From a virus (Duplodnaviria; Caudoviricetes), in the IMG/VR virus record IMGVR_UViG_3300014204_000112, positions 64,001 through 128,000 of that record: a DNA stretch of 64,000 nt. One strand, 5' to 3'. Below are positions 30,764 to 40,653 of this stretch, in pieces. The position numbers were made by a program, and so were the translations under genes. Below the pieces are notes generated by a model. The model did no database searches. It saw only the letters and a list, made by a program, of their open reading frames with translations, and was not told where the DNA came from. The stretch's first letter is position 1; each line of letters opens with the position of its first letter.

Positions 30764-30780
30764 ATCAAACCTCTTCACAT

Positions 30781-30808
30781 GAAAAAAGCTCCTTACGGAG
30801 CTTTTTTC
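30781..30808. terminator. Bidirectional intrinsic terminator
   Basis: gaaaaaagctcc-ttac-ggagcttttttc between convergent genes. Confidence 0.85.
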
Positions 30809-30811
30809 GTT

Positions 30812-33079
30812 TTACATCATTGCTCCTGGCGGAACGTTAGCTTTACCTTTTCCCCTGATCAGAACACCATTTTTATCTTCGGCTAAGTATTCTGCCACTC
30901 CACCGAATTTCTTTACGATTTCTGATTCTTCATGGCCGACCAAACATTCGATCGTTATGAAGTTATTCACCGGATCAACCGTATATTCAATCTGTTTCTC
31001 AGTCAATGCATCAGCAATATCTTGGAGCTTGTCTGCGTCTATCTTGTAGAATCCGCAGTACGGATTGACTGATTCCATTATAGGTAGAGCACTAGTTCCG
31101 GAGGTACCGCTAGAACCTGAAGTTCCTGGGCTAAGTTGAACTGGCATTCCATCCTGATAGTATTCCTGTTTCTTTTCCTCGAGAATCAAATCAACCGTAT
31201 CGTCAATCTCAATCACTGGAACTCCAGGTGATTTGAATTGAGATAGGTCTACTGTTTTCGATTCATTCAATTTTTCGCTTAGGTCACGGTTCATGTTGAA
31301 GAATTCTGAATGAATTGCATTTGGAGCTGCTGACTTGAATGCCGTGTAATCATTGTTGCGAACTGCATCCATTATAGATTCTTTGACTCCAGCGGTAGGA
31401 AGTTCCATCAGCCTTAGATCTTTCTTCAAGTTCAAGTTTCTCGAACGCTTACGCGCAAGTTCCAACTGAAGAGCTATGTCTCGTATCCTGCTCTTGTTTG
31501 CGGCTACGATGTTAGGCTCGTATTCCGGCCGAATTTCCTTTAGTAAGCTTTCAACTTCCCCGTCCGGAACAATAACCAGTCCTACCATGAAACTAGGATA
31601 GAGATTCACTAACTTGTGAAGAGCATTGACTATGGTTTCTTTTTTGAAAGGCTTTGCTTTTGAAGTAGCTCCACAGTGAACGCATACTAACAGGCAAGGA
31701 AGCCCATTCTCGTTGAACAAACCCTGTGCCGATTTTATGTGCCCTGGGTGAATGGGTTGAAAGTCAGAGATGATCAAGTTTACCGGTTTAGTTCTCCTAT
31801 CCTCAATTCCTTTGAAGCTCTCAAAATAACCAGGTTCCTTATCTTCACCAACGAACTCTTTGAATGTTGGAAAGTAATTTTCGTAAATTGCATCTCCCAT
31901 GATTACTTTGCTAATTTTGTCTACCTGAGTGTTCAGGTTGTCTTTCATCTCCTTCGTGAAGAACGATGAGCTTACCCTAATTTTTTTCTTCCTAAACATG
32001 TTGAGGAATACTCGATAGATTTCCTTGAAGTTCGGGTTCGATTCGATTATTTGAGTCACTCTTGCATCGTTCACCAATCCGAAATTAACGTTGAAGTCAT
32101 CTCGTTGTAGGAATTCAGGTATTTGAATGTCAAGGTCACGATACTTTTCTCCGAACTCCTTTATGAATTCTAAGTAAATGTGATTGACCAAGGAAATGTA
32201 CTTTTCTTCGTATGTTTCTCCTGCGACCTTGATTCCTCTAAGTTCGCTGAGCGAGTACTGTTCAATGAAGTTCATTAGGTCGATCACGATGATCCAGATG
32301 TAGTCATCGCTTTTCTTTTGGTTCTTGTCGCTGGCCCTTGCCTTAGCGTTAGCTTGAAAAGCTGGGTCGACCAGTTTCGCTAGGAATACTGGATCCTCAG
32401 TTTTCTTACCTTCCTCGTAGAACCTGAAAACGATTCCCTCAATGTCCTTGTCCAAAGAATCACGAAGGAATGTTGCTTCCATTTTCGGATTAAGGACTGA
32501 CATGATGTACTTCGTGAACGAAACTGTCTTGAACTTTTCGACAAGTTCGTCGAATGGAGTGTAAACGAATTCCTGAATTTTCTTCTTCTGTTCGTCCGTA
32601 AGTTTTCCCTGGAAAATGATTGGCGGTCTTTCGATTCCCAATAGGTCAGCCCATTTGTTCAATTCGTCCCTGCTCTGAACTGTTTCGGAAATATTTCCTC
32701 CAGCGTTCAAAATGTGGATGTAACTTAGAATGAGCTTGTTCTTTGGTAACCTATCGTACGCTATCACCTGAGCTTTCTTGTCAGCAAAGTACTCCATCCC
32801 GAACATGTACTGAACTGGAATCTTTTCGATAGTTTCCGGCGAGAGACTTTCGAAGTACTGAACTGCCGGTTCGAAATAACGACTTAGAACTCTATCGATG
32901 TACGAGAGCTCGCCGTTACGTTTGAAGTACTGGAATTTTGATGAGTTAGGATCAAGTTTCACGCCAAAGAAGGCTCCGTCCATCTTCTCATTAATGATGA
33001 CGGATTTATTAAGGAGATTCTCTATGAATGCCTTACCTTGCTTGTCTAAAACGTCCTTTAAGTGCGATAGTCCTGGCAT
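30812..33079 (-). CDS. RNA ligase-like nucleotidyltransferase fused to a HIGH-family (cytidyltransferase-like) domain
   Basis: Ligase motifs EKMDG (I), EGIVFR (IV) and AKLVD (V); C-terminal FQPIHPGH. Confidence 0.7.
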   Translation of the reverse strand: MPGLSHLKDVLDKQGKAFIENLLNKSVIINEKMDGAFFGVKLDPNSSKFQYFKRNGELSYIDRVLSRYFEPAVQYFESLSPETIEKIPVQYMFGMEYFADKKAQVIAYDRLPKNKLILSYIHILNAGGNISETVQSRDELNKWADLLGIERPPIIFQGKLTDEQKKKIQEFVYTPFDELVEKFKTVSFTKYIMSVLNPKMEATFLRDSLDKDIEGIVFRFYEEGKKTEDPVFLAKLVDPAFQANAKARASDKNQKKSDDYIWIIVIDLMNFIEQYSLSELRGIKVAGETYEEKYISLVNHIYLEFIKEFGEKYRDLDIQIPEFLQRDDFNVNFGLVNDARVTQIIESNPNFKEIYRVFLNMFRKKKIRVSSSFFTKEMKDNLNTQVDKISKVIMGDAIYENYFPTFKEFVGEDKEPGYFESFKGIEDRRTKPVNLIISDFQPIHPGHIKSAQGLFNENGLPCLLVCVHCGATSKAKPFKKETIVNALHKLVNLYPSFMVGLVIVPDGEVESLLKEIRPEYEPNIVAANKSRIRDIALQLELARKRSRNLNLKKDLRLMELPTAGVKESIMDAVRNNDYTAFKSAAPNAIHSEFFNMNRDLSEKLNESKTVDLSQFKSPGVPVIEIDDTVDLILEEKKQEYYQDGMPVQLSPGTSGSSGTSGTSALPIMESVNPYCGFYKIDADKLQDIADALTEKQIEYTVDPVNNFITIECLVGHEESEIVKKFGGVAEYLAEDKNGVLIRGKGKANVPPGAMM

Positions 33080-33091
33080 AATCTTTATTTT

Positions 33092-33646
33092 TTAGTCTAA
33101 CGGACCGAATTTTCCGCTGCTCATTGCCTGGCCGAAATCACGTTTTCCATGAGAATCGAGGCTGATACTTATGTGAGTTATCTTTTCTCCAATCTCAGGA
33201 TTTGCTTCCAAGTACGAAATCAGTTCTTCAGGTTTGATGTCTTGCGATGTTGTGCTTCCACCCTCTGCTGCCAGGAGTTTTTCAATTTCGTTGTACCTTA
33301 ATTCTCGTCCACTTGCTTGCCAAATGTAGAAAGTCACTTCCTTCTGATTGCCTTCCTTGTAATAGCTCTTGTAGAATTCGTCTATCTTCAAGAGCTCGTC
33401 GGAAATCTGCTCGAACGCCTGTTCGGGTCCAACTTCCTTAATGATTCCTGGCCGATCGGAAATGATTGTTGCAACATGCGAAGCATGCCCGTGAATGTCC
33501 GCTGGATAGTGGATAGTTTGCAATTTTGGACAGAGACCGATGATAGTTTGCAAGTCTGCTAAAAACTCAGTTGCAGGTTTTCCCTTGAATGGGGTTTCTA
33601 TCGATTCGTTGATCTCGGAAAAGTTCTTTACGAATTTCTTAAGCAT
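33092..33646 (-). CDS. Hypothetical protein
   Basis: N-terminal FVKNFSEINES; ATAAATA upstream. Confidence 0.65.
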   Translation of the reverse strand: MLKKFVKNFSEINESIETPFKGKPATEFLADLQTIIGLCPKLQTIHYPADIHGHASHVATIISDRPGIIKEVGPEQAFEQISDELLKIDEFYKSYYKEGNQKEVTFYIWQASGRELRYNEIEKLLAAEGGSTTSQDIKPEELISYLEANPEIGEKITHISISLDSHGKRDFGQAMSSGKFGPLD

Positions 33647-33665
33647 TACCGTTTGACAATTTTTG

Positions 33666-34325
33666 TTATTTATTAGGCGGAATACCTAAAAGCCTATAAC
33701 ATTCGGCTGTGAATGCCACATCCGAGTCATCGTTGAATCTCTGTGTGGTCTCGTTAAAAGTGTTTGTGATGAAACTTAAGCTGTTGTTTCGATGCTGATT
33801 CGATAAGAATTCCACTCCGAAATCGAGAAAATGCCCGAGCTGATGGTACTCTTCTTCGGTTGAATGAGCTCCATCGAACATGTCCTTTCCGCGATTGTCG
33901 TTAGTTTGCCGATCTACCGCGATGACGATTGTCTTGCAATTCTGATAAAGTTCGGAACTGAGGAGCGCTCGGTACTCGTCTCTTGCGCGATTCGGAGTCA
34001 ATCGATTTCGCAATACTGCCCATGCATAAGCTGAGATGATTGCCCTGTCGAAGATCCAAGTATGTCCTTGGTACTGAGGGCGTAGGTTCATTTCCATGAT
34101 GGACATGATGTTTCCCAAGCTAAAATAATGTAGGGCCGGAGTTGCATCGAGATCTTGCAATCCCAACGTTTTTATGTGGTTTGCGAAATAGAACTTGTAG
34201 TACTCAACTCCGAAGAATACTGGATCCAACGGATACTGTTTCTGTTGTTCTTTTAACTTCGCTAGGAAGTTCTCGATGAGATAAGTTTTGCCACATGAGC
34301 GTGGACCTTCTACGAATAGTATCAT
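33666..34325 (-). CDS. Thymidylate/dNMP kinase-like P-loop protein
   Basis: P-loop VEGPRSCGKT and IFDRAIIS. Confidence 0.7.
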   Translation of the reverse strand: MILFVEGPRSCGKTYLIENFLAKLKEQQKQYPLDPVFFGVEYYKFYFANHIKTLGLQDLDATPALHYFSLGNIMSIMEMNLRPQYQGHTWIFDRAIISAYAWAVLRNRLTPNRARDEYRALLSSELYQNCKTIVIAVDRQTNDNRGKDMFDGAHSTEEEYHQLGHFLDFGVEFLSNQHRNNSLSFITNTFNETTQRFNDDSDVAFTAECYRLLGIPPNK

Positions 34326-34858
34326 GTCAAACGAATTCTTTCTGGTTTTCCGAGGTGCCGTATGATTTCGATTGCGGGCAGTGGCAGCTCGAAGATCTTT
34401 GTCTTGTCCACGAAAAATATTGTAACTTGCAATTTTGAACCGCTAAGGACCGTAGCGTACTTTGTTAGTTCGGATATTGAGTCCTCGTAAATGGTAACGC
34501 TTTCGATGGTAGGGTTTTCGGAAAGGATTTGCTTCAGAACGTCCGCTTTATCTCCGTCCCTTTCGCAGAAGAACACTTCCGTGAAGTTGCAACCCTGTTC
34601 GGAAAGCAATCGTAATACTTGTTCCTTGTTCACCAATTTTCGGTGAGTGATCAAGTAATTCGGATTTCCGTTCAATCTGGTCTTTTCGACAACGTTCTCG
34701 ATTGCCGGAATGTGAAAGTCCGGAGATAATGACCTTTCCGAATCGTACCACTCGTACATGGTCTTGCCTTTCGGCTCTAACGAGGCGAAGTTCTGAGTTC
34801 TGAACATCGTGTCGTCAAAATCGAATATGTTAATGTGTTTTGGGTTGTTCATCTTCAA
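34322..34858 (-). CDS. HAD-superfamily phosphatase (Swiss Army Knife HAD-like)
   Basis: Motifs FDFDDT, LITHR, conserved Lys and YEDS. Confidence 0.75.
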   Translation of the reverse strand: MKMNNPKHINIFDFDDTMFRTQNFASLEPKGKTMYEWYDSERSLSPDFHIPAIENVVEKTRLNGNPNYLITHRKLVNKEQVLRLLSEQGCNFTEVFFCERDGDKADVLKQILSENPTIESVTIYEDSISELTKYATVLSGSKLQVTIFFVDKTKIFELPLPAIEIIRHLGKPERIRLT

Positions 34859-35201
34859 GCAGATATGTTGTTTCTGGTGTTACTACTGTTATTCGTTCCT
34901 GAAATAGCTGAACTCTCAAAATTTCTCCGAGAGCTAAGGCCTTCTTTAGAATCTGCTCTTCTGTTCTTGGAAATCTCGAATAGTTAATATATCCAACAAT
35001 CACTCTAGGTTCCCAACCATTTATGTATCGAAATTCAGTTGGAGTGATTGACACGCAATCTCCTAGACCTCTATCGTCCAATGTATTGACGAACTTGTTG
35101 CAGATTTCTCGAACTTTCTCTATTGGGTGAATGTATTCACCGTATCCAGATCGAAGGCCGACCCAAATTTGAAGATTGAACGATTTCTCAGTTCTCATCA
35201 T
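34830..35201 (-). CDS. Hypothetical protein
   Basis: 123-aa ORF in the operon. Confidence 0.65.
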   Translation of the reverse strand: MMRTEKSFNLQIWVGLRSGYGEYIHPIEKVREICNKFVNTLDDRGLGDCVSITPTEFRYINGWEPRVIVGYINYSRFPRTEEQILKKALALGEILRVQLFQERITVVTPETTYLLEDEQPKTH

Positions 35202-35263
35202 TATAGTTTACTTCTTCTACTGATAAATAACATAGTAGTTTAACAATATCACACAAATTTCGC

Positions 35264-35734
35264 ATGGACAGATCGCTAAGACGCTCACGAGAATACGATG
35301 GCAATAGGTATCACCTTATCAGGGACTGCGTTCAGCAGCAAAAGCCTTTCGCCATATACAATTTTACGTCAATGAAGCAGTACAACGAGTTCCTGAACGA
35401 TCTGGACACGTTCGAAAAGCTCAATTACGTGATCCAAACGATCACTTCGCTGTCCAAGATCGAACAGAGAATTCGAATGGTGTACCCAAGCATCTTCGTT
35501 ACTAACGAGGGAACCGCAGTATCGCTCGACGAGTTCAAGGAAATCATCAAAGGTTCGTTAGCTCACTACAATTTAGACTCGATTGTATGCCTGTACGACG
35601 GAGCAGTCTCAGTTTTCTATCGTAACGGTGACCACCACACCATCGGTAACACCATTTACGGAAGTAACCAGATCAACGAATTCCAAAGCGATTTTTATCA
35701 GATAGAAAGCATCTATTACACCTTCCTGACGTAA
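35264..35734 (+). CDS. Hypothetical protein
   Basis: GATAAATA at 35222; codon usage matches the phage. Confidence 0.7.
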   Translation: MDRSLRRSREYDGNRYHLIRDCVQQQKPFAIYNFTSMKQYNEFLNDLDTFEKLNYVIQTITSLSKIEQRIRMVYPSIFVTNEGTAVSLDEFKEIIKGSLAHYNLDSIVCLYDGAVSVFYRNGDHHTIGNTIYGSNQINEFQSDFYQIESIYYTFLT

Positions 35735-35766
35735 AACTTCCACTTAGTTTTAGGTAAAATACTAAG

Positions 35767-36207
35767 ATGGAAGAGGAAAAACCAAAAAGAACGTTAGCTG
35801 AGGTCTTTCGTGACAAGCGAGAGTCATTCTCAGGAGAAATACAGACTGGGATTAAGCTTTTGAGCAACATCAAGAACATTCCGGATGTCCAGGTCACATT
35901 TTTGAGCATGAGACAGCGGCTTCTTGAAGAAAATCACACCCTCTTGGAGCATTTCACTCAGTTGAAGAAGCGGTATCGTGAAAAGAAGGGAGAAGAGTGG
36001 GCTGACGCATCAAAAATCGGGCAAATTCGTTACCAGTCGACCGAAAAGGCGACAATTGTTGACGGAAAGACCGCAGAATTACGAGAAAGGCTAGAACAGT
36101 TAGAAAATCAGATAAAATTCTACTCGGAGTCCATCACGACGGTGGATTCGGTTCTCTGGGGCATAAAAGACCGTATTGCCGCACAGAAAATCCTCGACGG
36201 CAGTTAA
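35767..36207 (+). CDS. uvsY: Recombination mediator UvsY-like
   Basis: 146-aa helical protein directly upstream of uvsW; C-terminal WGIKDRI pattern. Confidence 0.65.
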   Translation: MEEEKPKRTLAEVFRDKRESFSGEIQTGIKLLSNIKNIPDVQVTFLSMRQRLLEENHTLLEHFTQLKKRYREKKGEEWADASKIGQIRYQSTEKATIVDGKTAELRERLEQLENQIKFYSESITTVDSVLWGIKDRIAAQKILDGS

Positions 36208-36222
36208 AATCATCGACTATGC

Positions 36223-37812
36223 TTGCTAATATTTGACGTAGCTGCGGACAAGCAGCACCTTCAGTTGGTACATCACGATACTCGTGGTGAATTAAAGGAT
36301 CTGCAGCTTTATTTCAAGAAAAGGCAACAGGGTTACTTCCACAACATACTTTACAAGCGTAAGTTATGGGACGGTTACGATAAGTTCATCGATGATCAAC
36401 ACCGAATAGGCATTGGGCTATGGAGAGAAGTCTATTACTTCGGCGAGAAGTACGATTACGAGGTAGAAATTCGTGGTCTCGATGGTCTTCTCAACTTAGA
36501 ATTCACCAAGGACAAATCCGATAAGTTCGCATCCGTCATGCTCGACGGAACCAACCCGCAAATAGAAGCTTACGATTACCAGCTAGAAGCGCTCCATCGT
36601 GGACTAAAGTACAAGTTCTGTGCTCAGGAATTGGCCACCTCAGCAGGTAAGACTCTCATCTTCTTCCTTTACCTTTCGTTCCTAAAGCGAAAAGGAATCA
36701 TATCGAAAGATAAGAAGGCAATCCTTATCGTTCCGAAAGTTTCGTTGGTGAATCAGACAGCTGATGCTTTCGAAACGGAATACCAAACAGGATTGGTCAA
36801 TTGGAATATTCATAGGATCGGAGGTAAGAACGAATTCTCGGAAAAGAAATTCGCCGAATGCGATTTGGTCATCACGACTTACCAGAGCGTAATCTTAGAC
36901 GACGGGACTCCACCGAAGAGAGGAAAGAAGAAAATAGAACGACGTACTAAGCCAGAGTTCTTCAAGAACTTCAGCGTAATTTGCATAGACGAAGCTCATA
37001 CTAGCCGAGGAGATTCGATTCGAAACATTCTTTTGGCCAGCACGAATGCTGAGTACAAGCTCGGACTTTCTGGAACCATTCAGATCGAAGAACAGTTCTC
37101 GGACTTCTTCAAGATTCAAGAATACCTTGGGCCTTTGAGCATGAAGGTTAGGGCAAAGTTCCTAATGGACAACGATTATTCTGCGGACGTTCATGTAAAG
37201 ATGCTGAAGCTGAAGTACCCAAAGGACGAAGTGTTCGTTCAGAAGTACGCCGAGTTGAAAGCAATGGAAGTCAGGCCTCCAGGAAAGGTGATGTACGATA
37301 TGGAAAAAGAATTCATTATCTCGTACGAGCCAAGAATCAATTTCATCGCTAAGATGTGTGAGACTTTACCAGGAAACAAGCTTGTCCTTTTCATCAATGT
37401 CAAGGACAAGTACGGCCAGAGAATTCAAGATAAAATTCGCGAGACCAACGAAAAAGTTTACTACATCGATGGTGGAGTGAACGATGACGATCGAAGGGAT
37501 TACCGGGAAATCCTAGAAGCCAATACTGGCATAGTGTTGGTTGCTTCGTTCGGAACCTTTTCCACAGGTATCAACTTGAAAAACGTCAACTACATCATAT
37601 TCGCAGAAAGTTACAAGTCAGAAATCACGGTTCGCCAATCGATCGGTAGGGGAATGCGTAAGCTAAAAGGAAAGTACAAGATCACTATTTTGGATCTGGT
37701 CGACGATCTCGACGGTTACATAGTCAAGCACGGAAAGATCCGGGAAAAGATCTACAAGGAACAGGAATTCACGACATCTAAGCACGAATACGACCTGACT
37801 CCATTCAGATAA
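36223..37812 (+). CDS. uvsW: SF2 helicase UvsW
   Basis: Motifs WDG, YQ, ATSAGKT, DEAH, GLSGT, FSTGIN and QSIGRGMR. Confidence 0.92.
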   Translation: MLIFDVAADKQHLQLVHHDTRGELKDLQLYFKKRQQGYFHNILYKRKLWDGYDKFIDDQHRIGIGLWREVYYFGEKYDYEVEIRGLDGLLNLEFTKDKSDKFASVMLDGTNPQIEAYDYQLEALHRGLKYKFCAQELATSAGKTLIFFLYLSFLKRKGIISKDKKAILIVPKVSLVNQTADAFETEYQTGLVNWNIHRIGGKNEFSEKKFAECDLVITTYQSVILDDGTPPKRGKKKIERRTKPEFFKNFSVICIDEAHTSRGDSIRNILLASTNAEYKLGLSGTIQIEEQFSDFFKIQEYLGPLSMKVRAKFLMDNDYSADVHVKMLKLKYPKDEVFVQKYAELKAMEVRPPGKVMYDMEKEFIISYEPRINFIAKMCETLPGNKLVLFINVKDKYGQRIQDKIRETNEKVYYIDGGVNDDDRRDYREILEANTGIVLVASFGTFSTGINLKNVNYIIFAESYKSEITVRQSIGRGMRKLKGKYKITILDLVDDLDGYIVKHGKIREKIYKEQEFTTSKHEYDLTPFR

Positions 37813-37813
37813 G

Positions 37814-38194
37814 TTAGCCCTTATGCTTGCTTATTTCTATAGCCTGTAATTGTTTCATGGCTTTTTCCTTACTTAGGTGAGTGCCTAATACCTTTTTTCC
37901 GGACTTATCTAAAACGACCCACTTGTTACCGCGCTTACGAACCATTTCGTTCATAACGAAACTATCGAATGATTCGACTATTTGCTGAGCCGGAACCGAC
38001 TGAGTTTGCTGAATCGGTTGGTTAGCGACAGCTTGAACAGGAGGTTGAGTACGTTTCAAAAGATCTGAAACTTTCGTTCGTATCAGGTCGAGCTTTTGCA
38101 TTTCTTCCTGAGTGAAGGTCTTTTCATTGAGATCTTCTTCGATTAACGAAACGTATGCTAAGAACGAATCAAGTTGGGTGTTGTCCATTATCAA
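37814..38194 (-). CDS. Hypothetical protein with a basic C-terminal domain
   Basis: ESFDSFVMNE followed by VRKRGNKWVV..LGTH..KEKA..QL.AIE. Confidence 0.65.
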   Translation of the reverse strand: MIMDNTQLDSFLAYVSLIEEDLNEKTFTQEEMQKLDLIRTKVSDLLKRTQPPVQAVANQPIQQTQSVPAQQIVESFDSFVMNEMVRKRGNKWVVLDKSGKKVLGTHLSKEKAMKQLQAIEISKHKG

Positions 38195-38790
38195 ATTGAT
38201 ATTTTTGATGCTATCACTATCCCTAGGATAAGTTTAGTGTAAATCAGTTGAAATTGATAGTAAGTTAAGATGATCTGGTACTCTTCTCTGTCTAGGCCGA
38301 CTAATCCCTTACCTAATGCTAGCTTTACCAGCTTGTTGATGACTTCGGTCAATTGAGCATGGCTTCTAACTAGGCCGCTTAGTATTTCACCAGACGTTGA
38401 ATAGCTTAGTCGAGTACGATTGTCCTGGATTTTGGAAGACCATTCTTCTGCGAAATTGACTCCATCCCTCTTCGTGAGAAGGTCCGTGGAATTGATCGCT
38501 TCGTCAATCACCTTAGTTGTATGATCGAGAGCCGTGATCTTTTCTGCTATCTCGTTAAGCCAGTTCAACTCCTGTTCGAATATCATGATGGTCATTGAAC
38601 TTTGGTCGGTCTCGTAAACGAACTTAAGTAATTTAGGATCAACTGTTTGAGTAGGATAAGGCGAATCATCAGCAGCCATTGGTTTGAACAGATCGCCTGC
38701 TTCAACTTGAAATTCATTGAACGGGAAGTTTTCAAGGAAGGGGTACTTTCTCTGCACTACGTACGCCTGTTTACTCACAGAAGTGATCAT
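38191..38790 (-). CDS. Hypothetical protein
   Basis: 199 aa; ATAAATA upstream. Confidence 0.65.
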   Translation of the reverse strand: MITSVSKQAYVVQRKYPFLENFPFNEFQVEAGDLFKPMAADDSPYPTQTVDPKLLKFVYETDQSSMTIMIFEQELNWLNEIAEKITALDHTTKVIDEAINSTDLLTKRDGVNFAEEWSSKIQDNRTRLSYSTSGEILSGLVRSHAQLTEVINKLVKLALGKGLVGLDREEYQIILTYYQFQLIYTKLILGIVIASKISI

Positions 38791-38861
38791 TTGGTCAGTC
38801 TTTTTTTCTTATTTATTTAGTACATTAAAACTTAAATTGGATTCACTTATACAATACCAGT

Positions 38862-40361
38862 ATGAATCAAACGTTAGAACAACAGATAAAGTCATTGGAT
38901 TTGAAGCAGAACGCTATCAAGATTCTCATCAACTCCTTCTACGGTGCGTTCGGCAACCGGTATTTTTACTTCCATAATAACGACATAGCTCAGTCAATCA
39001 CCTTACAGGGACAGGACCTCATCAAGTTCTCGATCAAGGCAATCAATCATTACTTCATGAACATGTGGCATGTCGATACCGAACTTCACGAAAAGCTCGG
39101 CATTCTCGGTCGTCCAATTTCCAAGATCGAAAAGGAAGCAGCAATCTACACGGACACTGACTCCGTTTACTCGTGCATCGAGTATGCAATCAATTCGATT
39201 CAAAACGACCTTCAATTAACTGACGAACAGGCTTTTCAGTTCTGTTTGGACATCAATGCTTACAGGCTCCACGGTTACTTTGAACGCTGTTTCGAAAAGT
39301 ACGCTCAGCACTTTAACACGAAGAATCGTCAGAATTTCGAGCTAGAAAACATATCTCGTGCAGGAATTTGGGTCGCAAAGAAAAAATACGTTCTCGAAGT
39401 TGTATCGAAAGGAACCAAGCTTCTTCCGAAACCGTACCTAATGATCAAGGGACTCGAAGCTGTTCAATCCTCATATCCTATTTGGGCACGTCAGAACTTG
39501 CAGAAAATTTACTGGATCCTTCTGGCAAAGGGATACGATCTCGATCTCGAAAGGGATCTCATTCCAGTAATGAAGGAAATGAAAGCCGAGATGGAGACAA
39601 TGCCCATCGATGAAATCGCTTTCAACTTCTCAGTTCGGGTTTACGAGGAACACCTACGAAGCTTACTACCATTGGTGATGGAAAAAGGAATGCCGATTTA
39701 TGGTCGTGCCTCTGCCTACCACAATCACGTAATACAGAAAACGAACAACCTGAAATATCCGTTCATTCGTAGCGGTTCCAAGATAAAGTTCTACTATGCA
39801 GCACATAATGAATACGATTTCGACGTGTTCGCATATGCACCTGGAGCCTTTCCTGAATTCGCAATGCCGATCGATCGTGAACACCAATTCTTCCGCCTAA
39901 TCGTGGAACCGATCAACAAATTGTTACTCGCAATAGGTTTCAGCGAACTTAGTTCGAAGCTTGCACGACACGTAGAAGTAATAAAATCAAGAAGCAGAAC
40001 TAAAGCTTTCACTGATGACGAGATCTATCCTCTGTACGTTGTGAACTCCGAAACTCTTGATTTCACGCCAATTCCCGAAAGCGTTCAGCATTTAGTTGGC
40101 CATCCGGAAATTGACATTCCGCCCGAGTTATTCCCTACCTTCATATCTTCGATTTCAATGTACGGTCTCTCGACCGTGATCGTTCCAAAACATGAACTTC
40201 AAAAGTACCGTGAACGTATCGCAAAGAAAAAAGGAATGACGATAACCGATCCATTCGAAATACCATACGAACTTTCTGGCATTATATCGACAAGATCGAA
40301 ACGAAAAACAAGAAACGCTCAAGCCGAGAATCGACTTCTGGACGAAACGAGGTCTGAGTGA
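38862..40361 (+). CDS. gp43: Family B DNA polymerase, C-terminal subunit of a split gp43
   Basis: Starts at motif B KILINSFYG, then SITLQGQ, YTDTDS, KKKY and IKGLE; no exonuclease domain or motif A. Confidence 0.9.
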   Translation: MNQTLEQQIKSLDLKQNAIKILINSFYGAFGNRYFYFHNNDIAQSITLQGQDLIKFSIKAINHYFMNMWHVDTELHEKLGILGRPISKIEKEAAIYTDTDSVYSCIEYAINSIQNDLQLTDEQAFQFCLDINAYRLHGYFERCFEKYAQHFNTKNRQNFELENISRAGIWVAKKKYVLEVVSKGTKLLPKPYLMIKGLEAVQSSYPIWARQNLQKIYWILLAKGYDLDLERDLIPVMKEMKAEMETMPIDEIAFNFSVRVYEEHLRSLLPLVMEKGMPIYGRASAYHNHVIQKTNNLKYPFIRSGSKIKFYYAAHNEYDFDVFAYAPGAFPEFAMPIDREHQFFRLIVEPINKLLLAIGFSELSSKLARHVEVIKSRSRTKAFTDDEIYPLYVVNSETLDFTPIPESVQHLVGHPEIDIPPELFPTFISSISMYGLSTVIVPKHELQKYRERIAKKKGMTITDPFEIPYELSGIISTRSKRKTRNAQAENRLLDETRSE

Positions 40362-40377
40362 ACAAGAAAACAATATT

Positions 40378-40653
40378 ATGAGTACTCAACATGAAATAGC
40401 CATCGATGTGATAAATGACCACATCTTTAGTAGTGAACCGTTTTCGTATGAGGAAGTTACAGAAGAGATAGTGGAAAAGGGCGGTATTCTCCGAGTTTCA
40501 ATTGGGGTTACAATTGGAATGTATTTGAAGAAATTAGTAATGCTGAAGGTCATTTCATTTGATCCCAATACTTCAACATTTAAAGCCACTAAACCTGAGC
40601 ATATTTTAGCTTGCAAAGGGCCAAGAACAAAGAAGCAAACACGGCGGGTATAA
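40378..40653 (+). CDS. Small AT-rich hypothetical protein
   Basis: 91 aa; base composition differs from the flanking genes. Confidence 0.5.
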   Translation: MSTQHEIAIDVINDHIFSSEPFSYEEVTEEIVEKGGILRVSIGVTIGMYLKKLVMLKVISFDPNTSTFKATKPEHILACKGPRTKKQTRRV

